Source: Candidatus Chisholmbacteria bacterium (GTDB lineage Bacteria > Patescibacteriota > Microgenomatia > UBA1400 > Chisholmbacteraceae). Taken from it: a stretch of DNA of 64,000 nucleotides. Within the stretch, counting starts at the first letter, position 1. The number at the start of each line of letters is the position of its first letter. Of the stretch, positions 28,932-37,873 are shown in pieces. The DNA is taken from positions 292,537 through 356,536 of the forward strand of contig CAVPHZ010000002.1 of NCBI GenBank assembly GCA_963704905.1, given 5' to 3'. Made by a program: the position numbers and the translations under genes. Below the pieces are notes generated by a model. It saw only the letters and a program-made list of their open reading frames with translations. It was not told the origin of the DNA and ran no database searches.

Positions 28932-30052
28932 TCCAACCACCTCAATCCGTGTGCCTGAATAAATTCACCCTCAAGTTGGTGAACGCGGTCAAATGCTATT
29001 TGACCTGCAATTCTGGGTGGGTTTCCAAGAACTAACCTTCCGTCAGTAGTTCGAAGCGAATCATTGCCATCTGGCTTATCTAAATCATGATACATTTCAT
29101 ATGTCACAATATTTACATTCATTTTAAATTGTTCCGCAACTTGAAGAACATTCTCAACACCCTGCTGAGCTACAACAGGAGCTATAATTTCGATCGAGGA
29201 CGGACGAACATCCTCTCTCGACCGCAGGAGGGTTAAAAACCCTATAGTTGTTTTGCCACTCACAATAGCTATCTCAAACATCCGCAGAGGTCCCTCTGAA
29301 GCACCAACGAGCAATCTGTCTACAGTAGGTCTAAAAGAGTCGCGCTGTAGGTTCATTCCTAATCCAAATTCACCGTTCATACGAGGAACTCTAGTACTGT
29401 TAATTGGAACGATACAACCGCTCGCAATATTTGGTAGTGCTTGCCGGGCACATAATGCAGCTCCCTTGAGAGGAACTAGAGTTGTTATACAATCAGCAAC
29501 AACATCATCATCACTCTCTAGTTTCTGTCTAGAGATATCTTGAGAAGATCCGTATGGTAGTGTGCTACTTAGTATTTCTAAGTACCTGATATATTTCTCA
29601 TGAATACCCATTGCCTGTAGTTGCTCTAAATCAGGGTCTGAAACATTTCTAGTGCTTTCCGCAATCTCAATTAACCCTGATAGTGCATACTTAGCGTCTT
29701 TCTCAAGACTCCTGGGAAGAACCCCAGGCTCCCTGGCTAGTATTCTAACCTGTTCGCTGCTATGTTTAATCCTTTTCTCTTCGGGAACACCTGATTGCTC
29801 ATACATACTACGAAAATTAAATCCTTCGAATTCGATGTATGAAAAAGTAAATACCTGAGGACTGTTTCTCGTTATATGTTCTTGAGAAGCATCACTGACT
29901 ACATGGGGAAACTCAGACGAAGCTTCAAAATACCGAAGAAGCTGAGTGTCGCTTATCCTAAATTCTTTTGGAAAATTTCCTTGATCTAACTCAGAACTTA
30001 GCGACGCAGTATGCTCTCTAAAAATCTGTTCGCTTTCAGTTTTTGTGCTCAA
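28928..30052 (-). CDS. fusion protein: unknown N-terminal domain of about 200 aa plus a C-terminal uracil-phosphoribosyltransferase-like (PRTase-fold) domain
   Basis: The C-terminal ~170 aa align with Upp: LVPLKGAALCARQAL to ILRAGLGM; IEIIAPVVAQQGVENV to IKVLVLVAAPEGI; RLVLGNPPRIAGQIA to YIIPGLGDAGDKIFG. The PRPP loop reads EIAIVSGKTTIG instead of IVDPMLATGG. Its start overlaps the recR stop. Confidence 0.5.
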   Translation of the reverse strand: MSTKTESEQIFREHTASLSSELDQGNFPKEFRISDTQLLRYFEASSEFPHVVSDASQEHITRNSPQVFTFSYIEFEGFNFRSMYEQSGVPEEKRIKHSSEQVRILAREPGVLPRSLEKDAKYALSGLIEIAESTRNVSDPDLEQLQAMGIHEKYIRYLEILSSTLPYGSSQDISRQKLESDDDVVADCITTLVPLKGAALCARQALPNIASGCIVPINSTRVPRMNGEFGLGMNLQRDSFRPTVDRLLVGASEGPLRMFEIAIVSGKTTIGFLTLLRSREDVRPSSIEIIAPVVAQQGVENVLQVAEQFKMNVNIVTYEMYHDLDKPDGNDSLRTTDGRLVLGNPPRIAGQIAFDRVHQLEGEFIQAHGLRWLE

Positions 30053-30663
30053 AACTCCCTCCTCCCTTCAAGTGATCGTGCCAATGTCACATCATCCGCG
30101 TACTCAATATCACCACCAACCGGCAAGCCACGGCCGATCCGGCTAATAGTCACCGAATGCTCGTTCTTCTCCATCTTTTCACGAACCATTTTTGCAATAA
30201 ACATCGCTGTTGCCTCCCCTTCCATGGTAGGGTTAGTTGCCAAAATTAGTTCAGAGATTTTACCATCTTCCAGACGGGGAAGCAATTCTCTGATATGTAG
30301 CTCATCAGGACCAATATTTCGAAGGGGTTCAATCCGGCCGTGTAAAACATGATAGAGACCGTTATACCCATCGCTGCGTTCGATCGCCATCACATCTAAA
30401 GGCTCCTCTACAATACACATGACTGTCTGGTCGCGAGACCTATCTGAGCAAATCTCACAGGGATCCTGCTCTCCCACATGGAAACAGACGGAGCAAACCT
30501 TCGTCTTTAGCTTCAACTCTTTCACAGCTTCAGAAAATTTTTCCAATTCTTTCTGAGGCACATGAAGAAGATAAAACGTGAGACGCTGGGCTGTCTTCGG
30601 ACCGATCCCGGGAAGCCGCTCAAAGGAGGAAATGAGTCGTTCTACCGCTTTAGGGACTTTCAT
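30049..30663 (-). CDS. recR: recombination protein RecR
   Basis: HhH (LPGIGPKTAQRL), a C4 zinc finger (CSVC...CEIC) and a Toprim C-terminus. Confidence 0.9.
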   Translation of the reverse strand: MKVPKAVERLISSFERLPGIGPKTAQRLTFYLLHVPQKELEKFSEAVKELKLKTKVCSVCFHVGEQDPCEICSDRSRDQTVMCIVEEPLDVMAIERSDGYNGLYHVLHGRIEPLRNIGPDELHIRELLPRLEDGKISELILATNPTMEGEATAMFIAKMVREKMEKNEHSVTISRIGRGLPVGGDIEYADDVTLARSLEGRREF

Positions 30664-30781
30664 TAATTATTTAAAAAGTTCTCGTGGCATTATAGCATGC
30701 AGAATTTGATTATGAAGTAACTGAAATTACAACATTCAGCGTTGTACCAATTGATACATTAACAGAACTAATGAATTTACT

Positions 30782-32050
30782 TTAGGTTCCCTCTTCCCAG
30801 CTTGTAAGATAGTTCTTCTGTTCCGCGGTCAGCGTATCAAAAGAAACACCCATTGCTCGAAGCTTTAACCTCGCCACACGTTTATCGATCCTCTGAGGAA
30901 GCTGGTACACCTGAGCTTGAAGTTTTCCTTTATTCAAAACAAAAAACTCGGCAGCCAACGCTTGATTAGCAAAACTCATATCCATCACTTCTGCTGGGTG
31001 CCCTTCAGCGGCAACTAAATTGACAAGTCGTCCTTCTCCAAGAACATAAATTCGTTTTCCAGAAGGCAGGGTAAATTCAGCCAAACTCTCCCGCAGCTCT
31101 CGCACTATTCGAGACTTCTTTCTCAGCTGTTCAACCTCAACCTCTACATTGAAGTGTCCGCTATTTGCGACAATCGCTCCATCCTTCATTCGCCGCATGT
31201 GAGTCATGCTAATGACACTTTTGTCTCCTGTTGCTGTGACAAAAACATCACCTAGCAGAGCGGCGTCCGCTATCGGCATCACCCGATACCCATCCATCAC
31301 CGCTTCAAGGGCTCGAACCGGATTAACTTCACAAATCACTACATTAGCACCCATTCCCTCTGCCCGCATGGCAATCCCTCGTCCACACCAACCATACCCG
31401 CACACAACAAACGTCTTGCCAGCAAGTAAGATATTTGTCGCGCGGAGAATCCCATCGATTGTCGATTGTCCGGTACCATAGCGATTATCAAACAAATGTT
31501 TGGTGTCACTATCATTGACAGCGATGACAGGAATCATAAGCGCCCCATCCTTCTCCATTGCTCGCAATCGAATAACTCCTGTGGTTGTCTCCTCGCTCGA
31601 TCCGATCACTTCAGTTAACTGTTTCTTCCGCTTAGTGTGCAGCATGCTGACTAAATCAGCGCCGTCATCCATCGTAATTTGTGGATGATAGTCCAAAACT
31701 TGGCGGATATGCTTGTAATATGTCGAATTATTCTCTCCATGGATGGAGTAGACTGGAACATTAAAGTCAACAACCAACGATGCGGCAACATCGTCTTGGG
31801 TGCTCAAAGGATTGCTGGCACACAGAGCCAGTTTTGCTCCCCCAGCCTTCAGTGCCAGCATCAAATTTGCCGTTTCACTTGTCACATGCAAACACGCACC
31901 AATGGTGAATCCTGAAAGCGGTTTCTGTTTGGAAAATCGTTTCTGAATCAATTGGAGTACAGGCATCTGTTGACCTGCCCACTCAATTTTCTTCTTTCCC
32001 GTACTGGCTAAGGAGCGGTCAAGGATATCGTATTGTGTTGAAACTGCCAT
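30782..32050 (-). CDS. ahcY: adenosylhomocysteinase
   Basis: NAD-binding GYGWCGRG and a conserved AhcY N-terminus. Confidence 0.9.
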   Translation of the reverse strand: MAVSTQYDILDRSLASTGKKKIEWAGQQMPVLQLIQKRFSKQKPLSGFTIGACLHVTSETANLMLALKAGGAKLALCASNPLSTQDDVAASLVVDFNVPVYSIHGENNSTYYKHIRQVLDYHPQITMDDGADLVSMLHTKRKKQLTEVIGSSEETTTGVIRLRAMEKDGALMIPVIAVNDSDTKHLFDNRYGTGQSTIDGILRATNILLAGKTFVVCGYGWCGRGIAMRAEGMGANVVICEVNPVRALEAVMDGYRVMPIADAALLGDVFVTATGDKSVISMTHMRRMKDGAIVANSGHFNVEVEVEQLRKKSRIVRELRESLAEFTLPSGKRIYVLGEGRLVNLVAAEGHPAEVMDMSFANQALAAEFFVLNKGKLQAQVYQLPQRIDKRVARLKLRAMGVSFDTLTAEQKNYLTSWEEGT

Positions 32051-32060
32051 AATGTATTAC

Positions 32061-33014
32061 CTACAAATGTAGTTGCTCGCCATAATTCTTCAAATAACGT
32101 TTTTCAAATTCCTGGACAGTAAACCGATGCGTCTGCGTACCGTGTTTTTCAACAGTATAGACCGCCGCAACGGAGCCCATTCTACCACACACAGTCAGAG
32201 GGTAACCGCGAACAAAACCAGCTATAAATCCAGCCCGATACGCATCCCCTGCCCCAGTAGGATCATTTGTATTTTTCGGTCTGGCCGGTGATATATCAAA
32301 CTTCTCTTTTCCTTGCCGCATCTGCGATCCCTTCGCTCCCAAAGTCGTAATCACAATGCGATCATCCGTAAAAAGCTGTGAAGATGTGAATTTCAACCGT
32401 TTTCGGAGTAGGCTAATTTCATAGTCATTCCCAATCACGACCAAAGCATGTGCAACTGCAAACCGTAGATCTGTAATGGAAAAATGAGGAATATTAAAGG
32501 CCGGGTCAAAGAGAAATGGCACCCGCAAGGATACAGCTTCTCGAACATAGCGCATCATCGCCGCTGGATCATTCGGTGCTATGACTAAAAACGTACGGGT
32601 TCCTAATTGTCTCCGCAGTGAAATCCCTCTGGATCGTTTCATCGCTCCTTCATAGAATCCCCAGATCTGATTGTCATCCTGATCGGTCATCACAAACCCA
32701 GCTGCAGTCGCCACAGTATCATGCTCGCGAATACCAGTAATGTTCAGGTGGGATAGTGAATGGAGATGTGCATGATATTCACCAAAATCATTTCCAACTG
32801 CTCCTATGAGATGAGTAGGAATAGTGAGAAGTGACAGTGAATACGCGATGTTTCCTCCCGTTCCCCCAAACTCACGCCGGAGTGTTTTCATGATAAAACT
32901 CACATTAATAATATGAAGTTTGTCAGGAAGGATGTGTTCTTTAAACCGTCCCGGCATAGACATGATTGTGTCATACGCTATCGATCCTGTGACAATGACG
33001 TTACGATATTTCAT
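32061..33014 (-). CDS. PfkB-family sugar/nucleoside kinase (adenosine kinase or ribokinase-like)
   Basis: GG motif GGTGGNIAY and the PfkB signature DPTGAGDAYRAGF. Confidence 0.8.
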   Translation of the reverse strand: MKYRNVIVTGSIAYDTIMSMPGRFKEHILPDKLHIINVSFIMKTLRREFGGTGGNIAYSLSLLTIPTHLIGAVGNDFGEYHAHLHSLSHLNITGIREHDTVATAAGFVMTDQDDNQIWGFYEGAMKRSRGISLRRQLGTRTFLVIAPNDPAAMMRYVREAVSLRVPFLFDPAFNIPHFSITDLRFAVAHALVVIGNDYEISLLRKRLKFTSSQLFTDDRIVITTLGAKGSQMRQGKEKFDISPARPKNTNDPTGAGDAYRAGFIAGFVRGYPLTVCGRMGSVAAVYTVEKHGTQTHRFTVQEFEKRYLKNYGEQLHL

Positions 33015-33242
33015 CAGAGCCCCCTATCCGAGTTTAAAAACTATACCTCTGCTTTTCGAAAGGCGTACCAAAACTCATTCAAAGAAATAGAGGTTTACGT
33101 ATCAAAGTAAAAAGCAAAGACAAAGACTCCAGCAACACAGTGGAAACCCGTTTATGGTTCCTGCTGCGGATAAGCAGAGCAATGGAACAAATAGATGCAG
33201 ATAGAGTCACAAGCTTTTCCGCACAAAGTAAATTACAAATTC

Positions 33243-33548
33243 CTACTGACTGCCCCCTCCCAGCAACCCACCAAGTCCACCTGAAAGTTCCTGCAGCTTC
33301 TTTGCTGCTATCTGCTGAGATTGTTGAATTGCTTTATTCAGTGCCGCAATTGCAGAATCACTCGAGTGCCCTTTCACTGAAAATTCTTTAATCTTTTGAT
33401 CTCCAGTGATGACAATCCGAATATCTCCTTCCTCAACCACTATTTCTTCTTTGGCAAGTTGTTTCTGAATCTGCATGGCTTGGTCTCGCATTTTCTTAAG
33501 ATCTCCAAGCTGTTTGAGTTTATCAATCATAACGCCTCCTTTCTTCAC
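33243..33548 (-). CDS. ybaB: nucleoid-associated protein YbaB/EbfC
   Basis: Typical YbaB length and a GGLGGLLGGG tail. Confidence 0.85.
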   Translation of the reverse strand: MKKGGVMIDKLKQLGDLKKMRDQAMQIQKQLAKEEIVVEEGDIRIVITGDQKIKEFSVKGHSSDSAIAALNKAIQQSQQIAAKKLQELSGGLGGLLGGGSQ

Positions 33549-33580
33549 AATTGACTACTTGGTAAATTGATTCAAGTCGC

Positions 33581-35239
33581 TCAATCACTCTCACTTCCAA
33601 ATATTTCTTCAGCTGCTTTCAAGATCTCATCATCCTCAACTGTACCACTAACATTCTCGTGTTCGACTTTCGTGGTCGGTTTTCGTGCTTGAGTTTTTCC
33701 TAAAATATACTGCAAACGCAAACCATCTGATAAAAGATGAGCAACAGCTTCTTCGACCATTGCACGATATCGAGGTAATTCTAACTGCTCCTTATGAAAC
33801 TGATACGCAACTTCTATGACAATCCTATCTTCTTCAAGCCTCAATGGACGAGCTGCCTTCAAAAGTGCCTCAACACTATGATTTTTCGGCCGTAATTTCG
33901 TGAGAATGTCCTGCCAACGTTGCTGTACATCTATAAATGTCACATCAGCTACTGAGCCCTTCTTTGCTGAACTCGCAACAGGTTGAGAATCATCCGTCTG
34001 TTCAGAACCCGATGGTAGATCATGATTACTTGGTTTATTTGATACTCGTTTTGAGGCTTTGCTACGCTCAGTTTTTTCCAACTCAAGTGTTGATTTGATA
34101 GTCGAAGCGTCCACACCATTTTTTCGATTGCTTTTATCTGCCCTAGGCGAACTCCGATCTAAATTATGTTCTAACCACTCTGCTGCAGCAAGTTCGAGCG
34201 GAAGTTCAGCGATCGGAGCGTTCCGCAACATTCGATGTGTATCAGAAAACAATCGGATGAGAACTTTAATATTTTGTAAATCAAACTGTCTCATCGCTTT
34301 TCCATCAAGTACGCCAACCTGCATCAGAAGTTGCCTGCGTAGATCCTCAAGCACTTCCCGAACAAACTGCTCTACAGAAAGCCCTTCGGAATGAATCTGA
34401 GCAATGATTGAAAAAGCCGTCTGTGCATCTGATTCTCCCAATGCAACAAGAAATTCCATCGCCTTTCCTTTTTCAAACATTCCAGAGATAGCCTGAACAT
34501 CAGCCAATGTAAGTTTCTGACGAGTTTTCTTATTAGCTGCTTTCCGCAATGAGAGCTGTTCGAGAATTTTCATTCCATCGCGAAAGCTTCCATCCACAGA
34601 CTTGGCAATCTCAGCCAGTACACCATCCTCTAAAAAGAGCTTTTCCGTCTTCGCGACCTTCGCAAGGCTATCAACAACTTCCTGGTTAGAAGCACGAGAG
34701 AACCGAATCACAGTACATCGAGAAACGATCGTATCTGGAACCCGTTCAATTTCAGTTGTGCACAATATGAACAGTGCATGACTCGGTGGTTCTTCAAGCG
34801 TCTTAAGGAGCGCATTAAATGCTTCCGTAGTTAACATATGTACTTCATCGATGATGTATACCTTATACGCAGCTTGCGAAGGAGCGAGCTTAATACGTTC
34901 TCGTAAGGCTCTGATATCATCAATTCCCCGATTGCTCGCAGCGTCTATTTCAAGCAGATCCAATGAGCTACCAGAAGCAAATGCGAGACAATTTTCACAC
35001 GTATTGCATGGTTCACCAAGTCCGCCAGTCTTACCTTTAATGACTGTTCTGTTCTTCTCACAATTAACTAATTTCGCTAAAATTCTGGCAGCTGAAGTCT
35101 TACCGGTTCCGCGTGGTCCTGCAAAAAGATACGCATGAGCGAATTGACCACTAGTCAAAATATGCCCAAGTTCCTCACGGACAGCTACTAAATCTAATTC
35201 CGAAATCGCCTGTGGTCGGTATGTAAGATAGAACGTCAT
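33581..35239 (-). CDS. dnaX: DNA polymerase III subunit tau/gamma
   Basis: AAA+ P-loop GPRGTGKTS, a zinc module CNTCENC, and domains III-V. Confidence 0.9.
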   Translation of the reverse strand: MTFYLTYRPQAISELDLVAVREELGHILTSGQFAHAYLFAGPRGTGKTSAARILAKLVNCEKNRTVIKGKTGGLGEPCNTCENCLAFASGSSLDLLEIDAASNRGIDDIRALRERIKLAPSQAAYKVYIIDEVHMLTTEAFNALLKTLEEPPSHALFILCTTEIERVPDTIVSRCTVIRFSRASNQEVVDSLAKVAKTEKLFLEDGVLAEIAKSVDGSFRDGMKILEQLSLRKAANKKTRQKLTLADVQAISGMFEKGKAMEFLVALGESDAQTAFSIIAQIHSEGLSVEQFVREVLEDLRRQLLMQVGVLDGKAMRQFDLQNIKVLIRLFSDTHRMLRNAPIAELPLELAAAEWLEHNLDRSSPRADKSNRKNGVDASTIKSTLELEKTERSKASKRVSNKPSNHDLPSGSEQTDDSQPVASSAKKGSVADVTFIDVQQRWQDILTKLRPKNHSVEALLKAARPLRLEEDRIVIEVAYQFHKEQLELPRYRAMVEEAVAHLLSDGLRLQYILGKTQARKPTTKVEHENVSGTVEDDEILKAAEEIFGSESD

Positions 35240-35317
35240 GCAAGAATCTTCCCTCTTCTTCTAACCAATAACAAGAACTGTATTGTAGGTCAATTTGAAG
35301 TTTGAGTCACGAGTAAT

Positions 35318-35713
35318 TCACTCTTGATTACCCATTAAGTTTTTTAACCCATGAATTGCCAGAGACTCTACCCGCTCATCCAAGAGCACATTCTCCTCAG
35401 CTGCTTGTTCGAGCGCGATAGGATAACAAATCACAATATCACCCAACTCAAATGGTGCATCAGGGTGAGTAACGAAACCTTGGTCACTCTCACCGAAAGT
35501 CTGCTGAGAAAATGCAAGCACATCTGTCGGACCAGTTTTTCCCATATAGTGGTTATGAAGGGTTGCCATTTTTCGGGTCCCAACAACCGCAACAGAAAGA
35601 TTTGCATCAGTTTGAAACTGAAAACCTTCCCATGCCCGCCCTAAAACCGCTCGTAAACGCTTACGATCAATGGGAAATTTTGAGTCGGCATGAATATCAA
35701 TTGTCAGGCCCAT
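35318..35713 (-). CDS. ybeY: YbeY-like rRNA maturation factor, with a degenerate and truncated H3xH5xH metal motif
   Basis: PTDVLAF, LGDIVICYP and AIHGLKNLMGNQE-stop, compared with the canonical HGLLHLLGYDH. Confidence 0.55.
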   Translation of the reverse strand: MGLTIDIHADSKFPIDRKRLRAVLGRAWEGFQFQTDANLSVAVVGTRKMATLHNHYMGKTGPTDVLAFSQQTFGESDQGFVTHPDAPFELGDIVICYPIALEQAAEENVLLDERVESLAIHGLKNLMGNQE

Positions 35714-35716
35714 AAG

Positions 35717-35905
35717 TCAAAATCTTGGCCGATGCTTTCTTCGTTCAAGCTCCTTTTTCCGTTCTTTTTTCTCCTCGCTGGGTTTCTTGTAATACTCTCG
35801 TTTTCGAAGTTCAGTAAGAATCTGACTTTCAAGTACTTTCTTCTTGAAACGACGAATGATACTATCAGCCTGTTCATCTGGTTTAGCTTTTACGACTGTA
35901 GCCAT
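35717..35905 (-). CDS. rpsU: 30S ribosomal protein S21
   Basis: IIRRFKKKVLESQILTELRKREYYKKPSE. Confidence 0.85.
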   Translation of the reverse strand: MATVVKAKPDEQADSIIRRFKKKVLESQILTELRKREYYKKPSEEKKERKKELERRKHRPRF

Positions 35906-35927
35906 AATTCACAACTCCCCTCCCTTC

Positions 35928-36353
35928 TTACAATCTCATCATCTCTTCTCTGAGACGTTGAGCAATATGATTCATTTCTTCCTCACTGCATACTTGTACA
36001 TCTGATAAATCTGGCAATGGGCCATGCTGATCATCCGTGTACCTTGGAAGCACCCTGATATGTGCATGCTCCACTTCATGTCCTATTGTAAAGTACTGTG
36101 TCCAGAGTGATGCAAAAGCACGTTGCGCTGCCTTGCCAACACGCTTCGCAACTTCAAAATAATCACCAAATTCCTCGACATCATCGACCCATCGAACATG
36201 TTTCTTTGGAATAACCAAACTATTTCCGCGTGTGAGCGGTCTGGTATCTAACAATGACAAAAACCGATCATCTTCATACACAATATGTGCGGGTGATTTT
36301 TTTACGGTAATCATACAAAAAATACAGTCATCCATACATAATCTGTACCACAC
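35928..36353 (-). CDS. HIT-family nucleotide hydrolase/transferase
   Basis: CIFCMI...PAHIVYEDD...LVIPKKH. The histidine-triad region reads EHAHIRV, so the third His is Arg. Confidence 0.75.
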   Translation of the reverse strand: MWYRLCMDDCIFCMITVKKSPAHIVYEDDRFLSLLDTRPLTRGNSLVIPKKHVRWVDDVEEFGDYFEVAKRVGKAAQRAFASLWTQYFTIGHEVEHAHIRVLPRYTDDQHGPLPDLSDVQVCSEEEMNHIAQRLREEMMRL

Positions 36354-36374
36354 ACGCTCAAACGGACGGTACTT

Positions 36375-36872
36375 CTATTTCAATTTATAACCAATATTTC
36401 GTAAAAATATTTTTCTTGCCCGCTGGTCATTCTGCGTTTCGACTCCTTTAGGAATCCCTCCATCAACCACACCCAAAATTGCTCTCCCCAATGATGTTTC
36501 TGCCACAATAATCTGCAATTGGTTAGCAGTTGCTACAAAAATGCTCACAACTTCAGCAACCTGCTTGAGCTTCGAAAGAATATTAATAGGATAGGCATCC
36601 TTCATAACGAGAAAAAAACTATGTCCGGCACCAACCGCCAAAGCATTGTTCTTAGCGATGGTGATCAAACGCTTCTGCGTTCCACTCGTACGAATGAGTT
36701 GTTCTCCAGATGCCTCACAAAATGCCAACCCAAACTGGGCCTGAGGAAGACTTGTTACCATCATTTCATGGATATCCTCAACTGTTTTAATAAAATGCGA
36801 CTGACCGATGATAATATTTAGATCTTCTGGTTTTTTTATTGATACAACTGACAATTCCATTGTGCTGTTCAT
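36375..36872 (-). CDS. PF04008-like (adenosine-specific kinase family) protein
   Basis: IIGQSHFIKTVEDIHE...FGLAFCEASG...GAGHSF...AETSLGRAILGVVDG matches my memory of the Adenosine_kin family. This is from memory and not verified. Confidence 0.45.
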   Translation of the reverse strand: MNSTMELSVVSIKKPEDLNIIIGQSHFIKTVEDIHEMMVTSLPQAQFGLAFCEASGEQLIRTSGTQKRLITIAKNNALAVGAGHSFFLVMKDAYPINILSKLKQVAEVVSIFVATANQLQIIVAETSLGRAILGVVDGGIPKGVETQNDQRARKIFLRNIGYKLK

Positions 36873-37702
36873 ACTGACTTTATAATATCAATCACCTCTT
36901 CCAGTGATAGCCGGGATGCTTTCATATCTGGATTCTTCGACGATCCATTCAGGATCAAGTGTTTACTCGGATGAAAATACCATGTAGCGTTCGAATCAGC
37001 TTCAGCTATTTTTTTATAGACATCCGTCAAATCAATTTCTGGATGAGGGGCAGCCTTAATTCGCACCATCCCGTTATGAGGATCTTTGCGAACAACAATT
37101 TGATGACCACTTTTAAGCGCATACTTTCCTGCCCCGGAATGGGAGGATAAAAGACCCAAAGACGATCCCCATTTGCTCTCAAACGTAAGTCCTTCTTTTA
37201 CTACTTCCTCAGCTGAAACTCGAAGGATGAAAGACATAAGTACCCCATCTAAACACTGCATCCCAAATCTCATAAGTTGCTCATCGTCAACAAAACCGCC
37301 CATCTTCATTCCATTCAGAACCTGATCAAGTGAAAAGAGATAGCGATCTTGTGTCGGTTCTGGCCAAAAAAACTCACGAAAATGATCGATATCGGTTATC
37401 AGGGCAATCATCCGCTCAAGTTCTACCTGATCCTTGATTTGATGTTTCGAAATGAGCCATTCCAGCACAAGAAGTGCTGCACAGGTATCAGTTTGTCCAA
37501 CATCTTCTTGATGATGGTCAAATTTCCCTAAACCCGTATCGACATGAACAGTGTTGTTGTCTTCATCCTTCAGGCGCTCTCCCGCTGGGACAAATGCAAA
37601 TGAAGCATGTTCAAATTCAGAACCACCGTACCGCACTAATAGCCATGCGGCAGTTATTGCATCTAAATCAGGATTAACATGGGTAACTATGGTCTTTGTC
37701 AC
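36869..37702 (-). CDS. DHH-family phosphoesterase (nanoRNase/pAp-phosphatase-like)
   Basis: THVNPDLDAITAAW (DHH motif I/II) and KFDHHQED (DHH motif III). It uses a GTG start with AAGAGGGG about 8 nt upstream, and overlaps the next gene by 4 nt. Confidence 0.65.
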   Translation of the reverse strand: MTKTIVTHVNPDLDAITAAWLLVRYGGSEFEHASFAFVPAGERLKDEDNNTVHVDTGLGKFDHHQEDVGQTDTCAALLVLEWLISKHQIKDQVELERMIALITDIDHFREFFWPEPTQDRYLFSLDQVLNGMKMGGFVDDEQLMRFGMQCLDGVLMSFILRVSAEEVVKEGLTFESKWGSSLGLLSSHSGAGKYALKSGHQIVVRKDPHNGMVRIKAAPHPEIDLTDVYKKIAEADSNATWYFHPSKHLILNGSSKNPDMKASRLSLEEVIDIIKSV

Positions 37703-37873
37703 TCACCATCCCCTCTTTTTCAATAACAAGTCCCCAGAATACCTACAAAGCACCTCTCCAAACACGAATGTGAGAGCTGCTAAGTAGCTGGGTAGTCCTT
37801 CCGGATTTCTACCGAATTGGTAGAAATATCGGGCCTAGTATAATTCTATACGAAGCAAGGAACAAGTACTAAT

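Noticed and set aside
35338-35343. Frameshift rescue of the ybeY His motif at the T6 run
   Set aside because: Adding or removing one base gives immediate stops in both alternative frames, so the truncation is not a simple homopolymer error.
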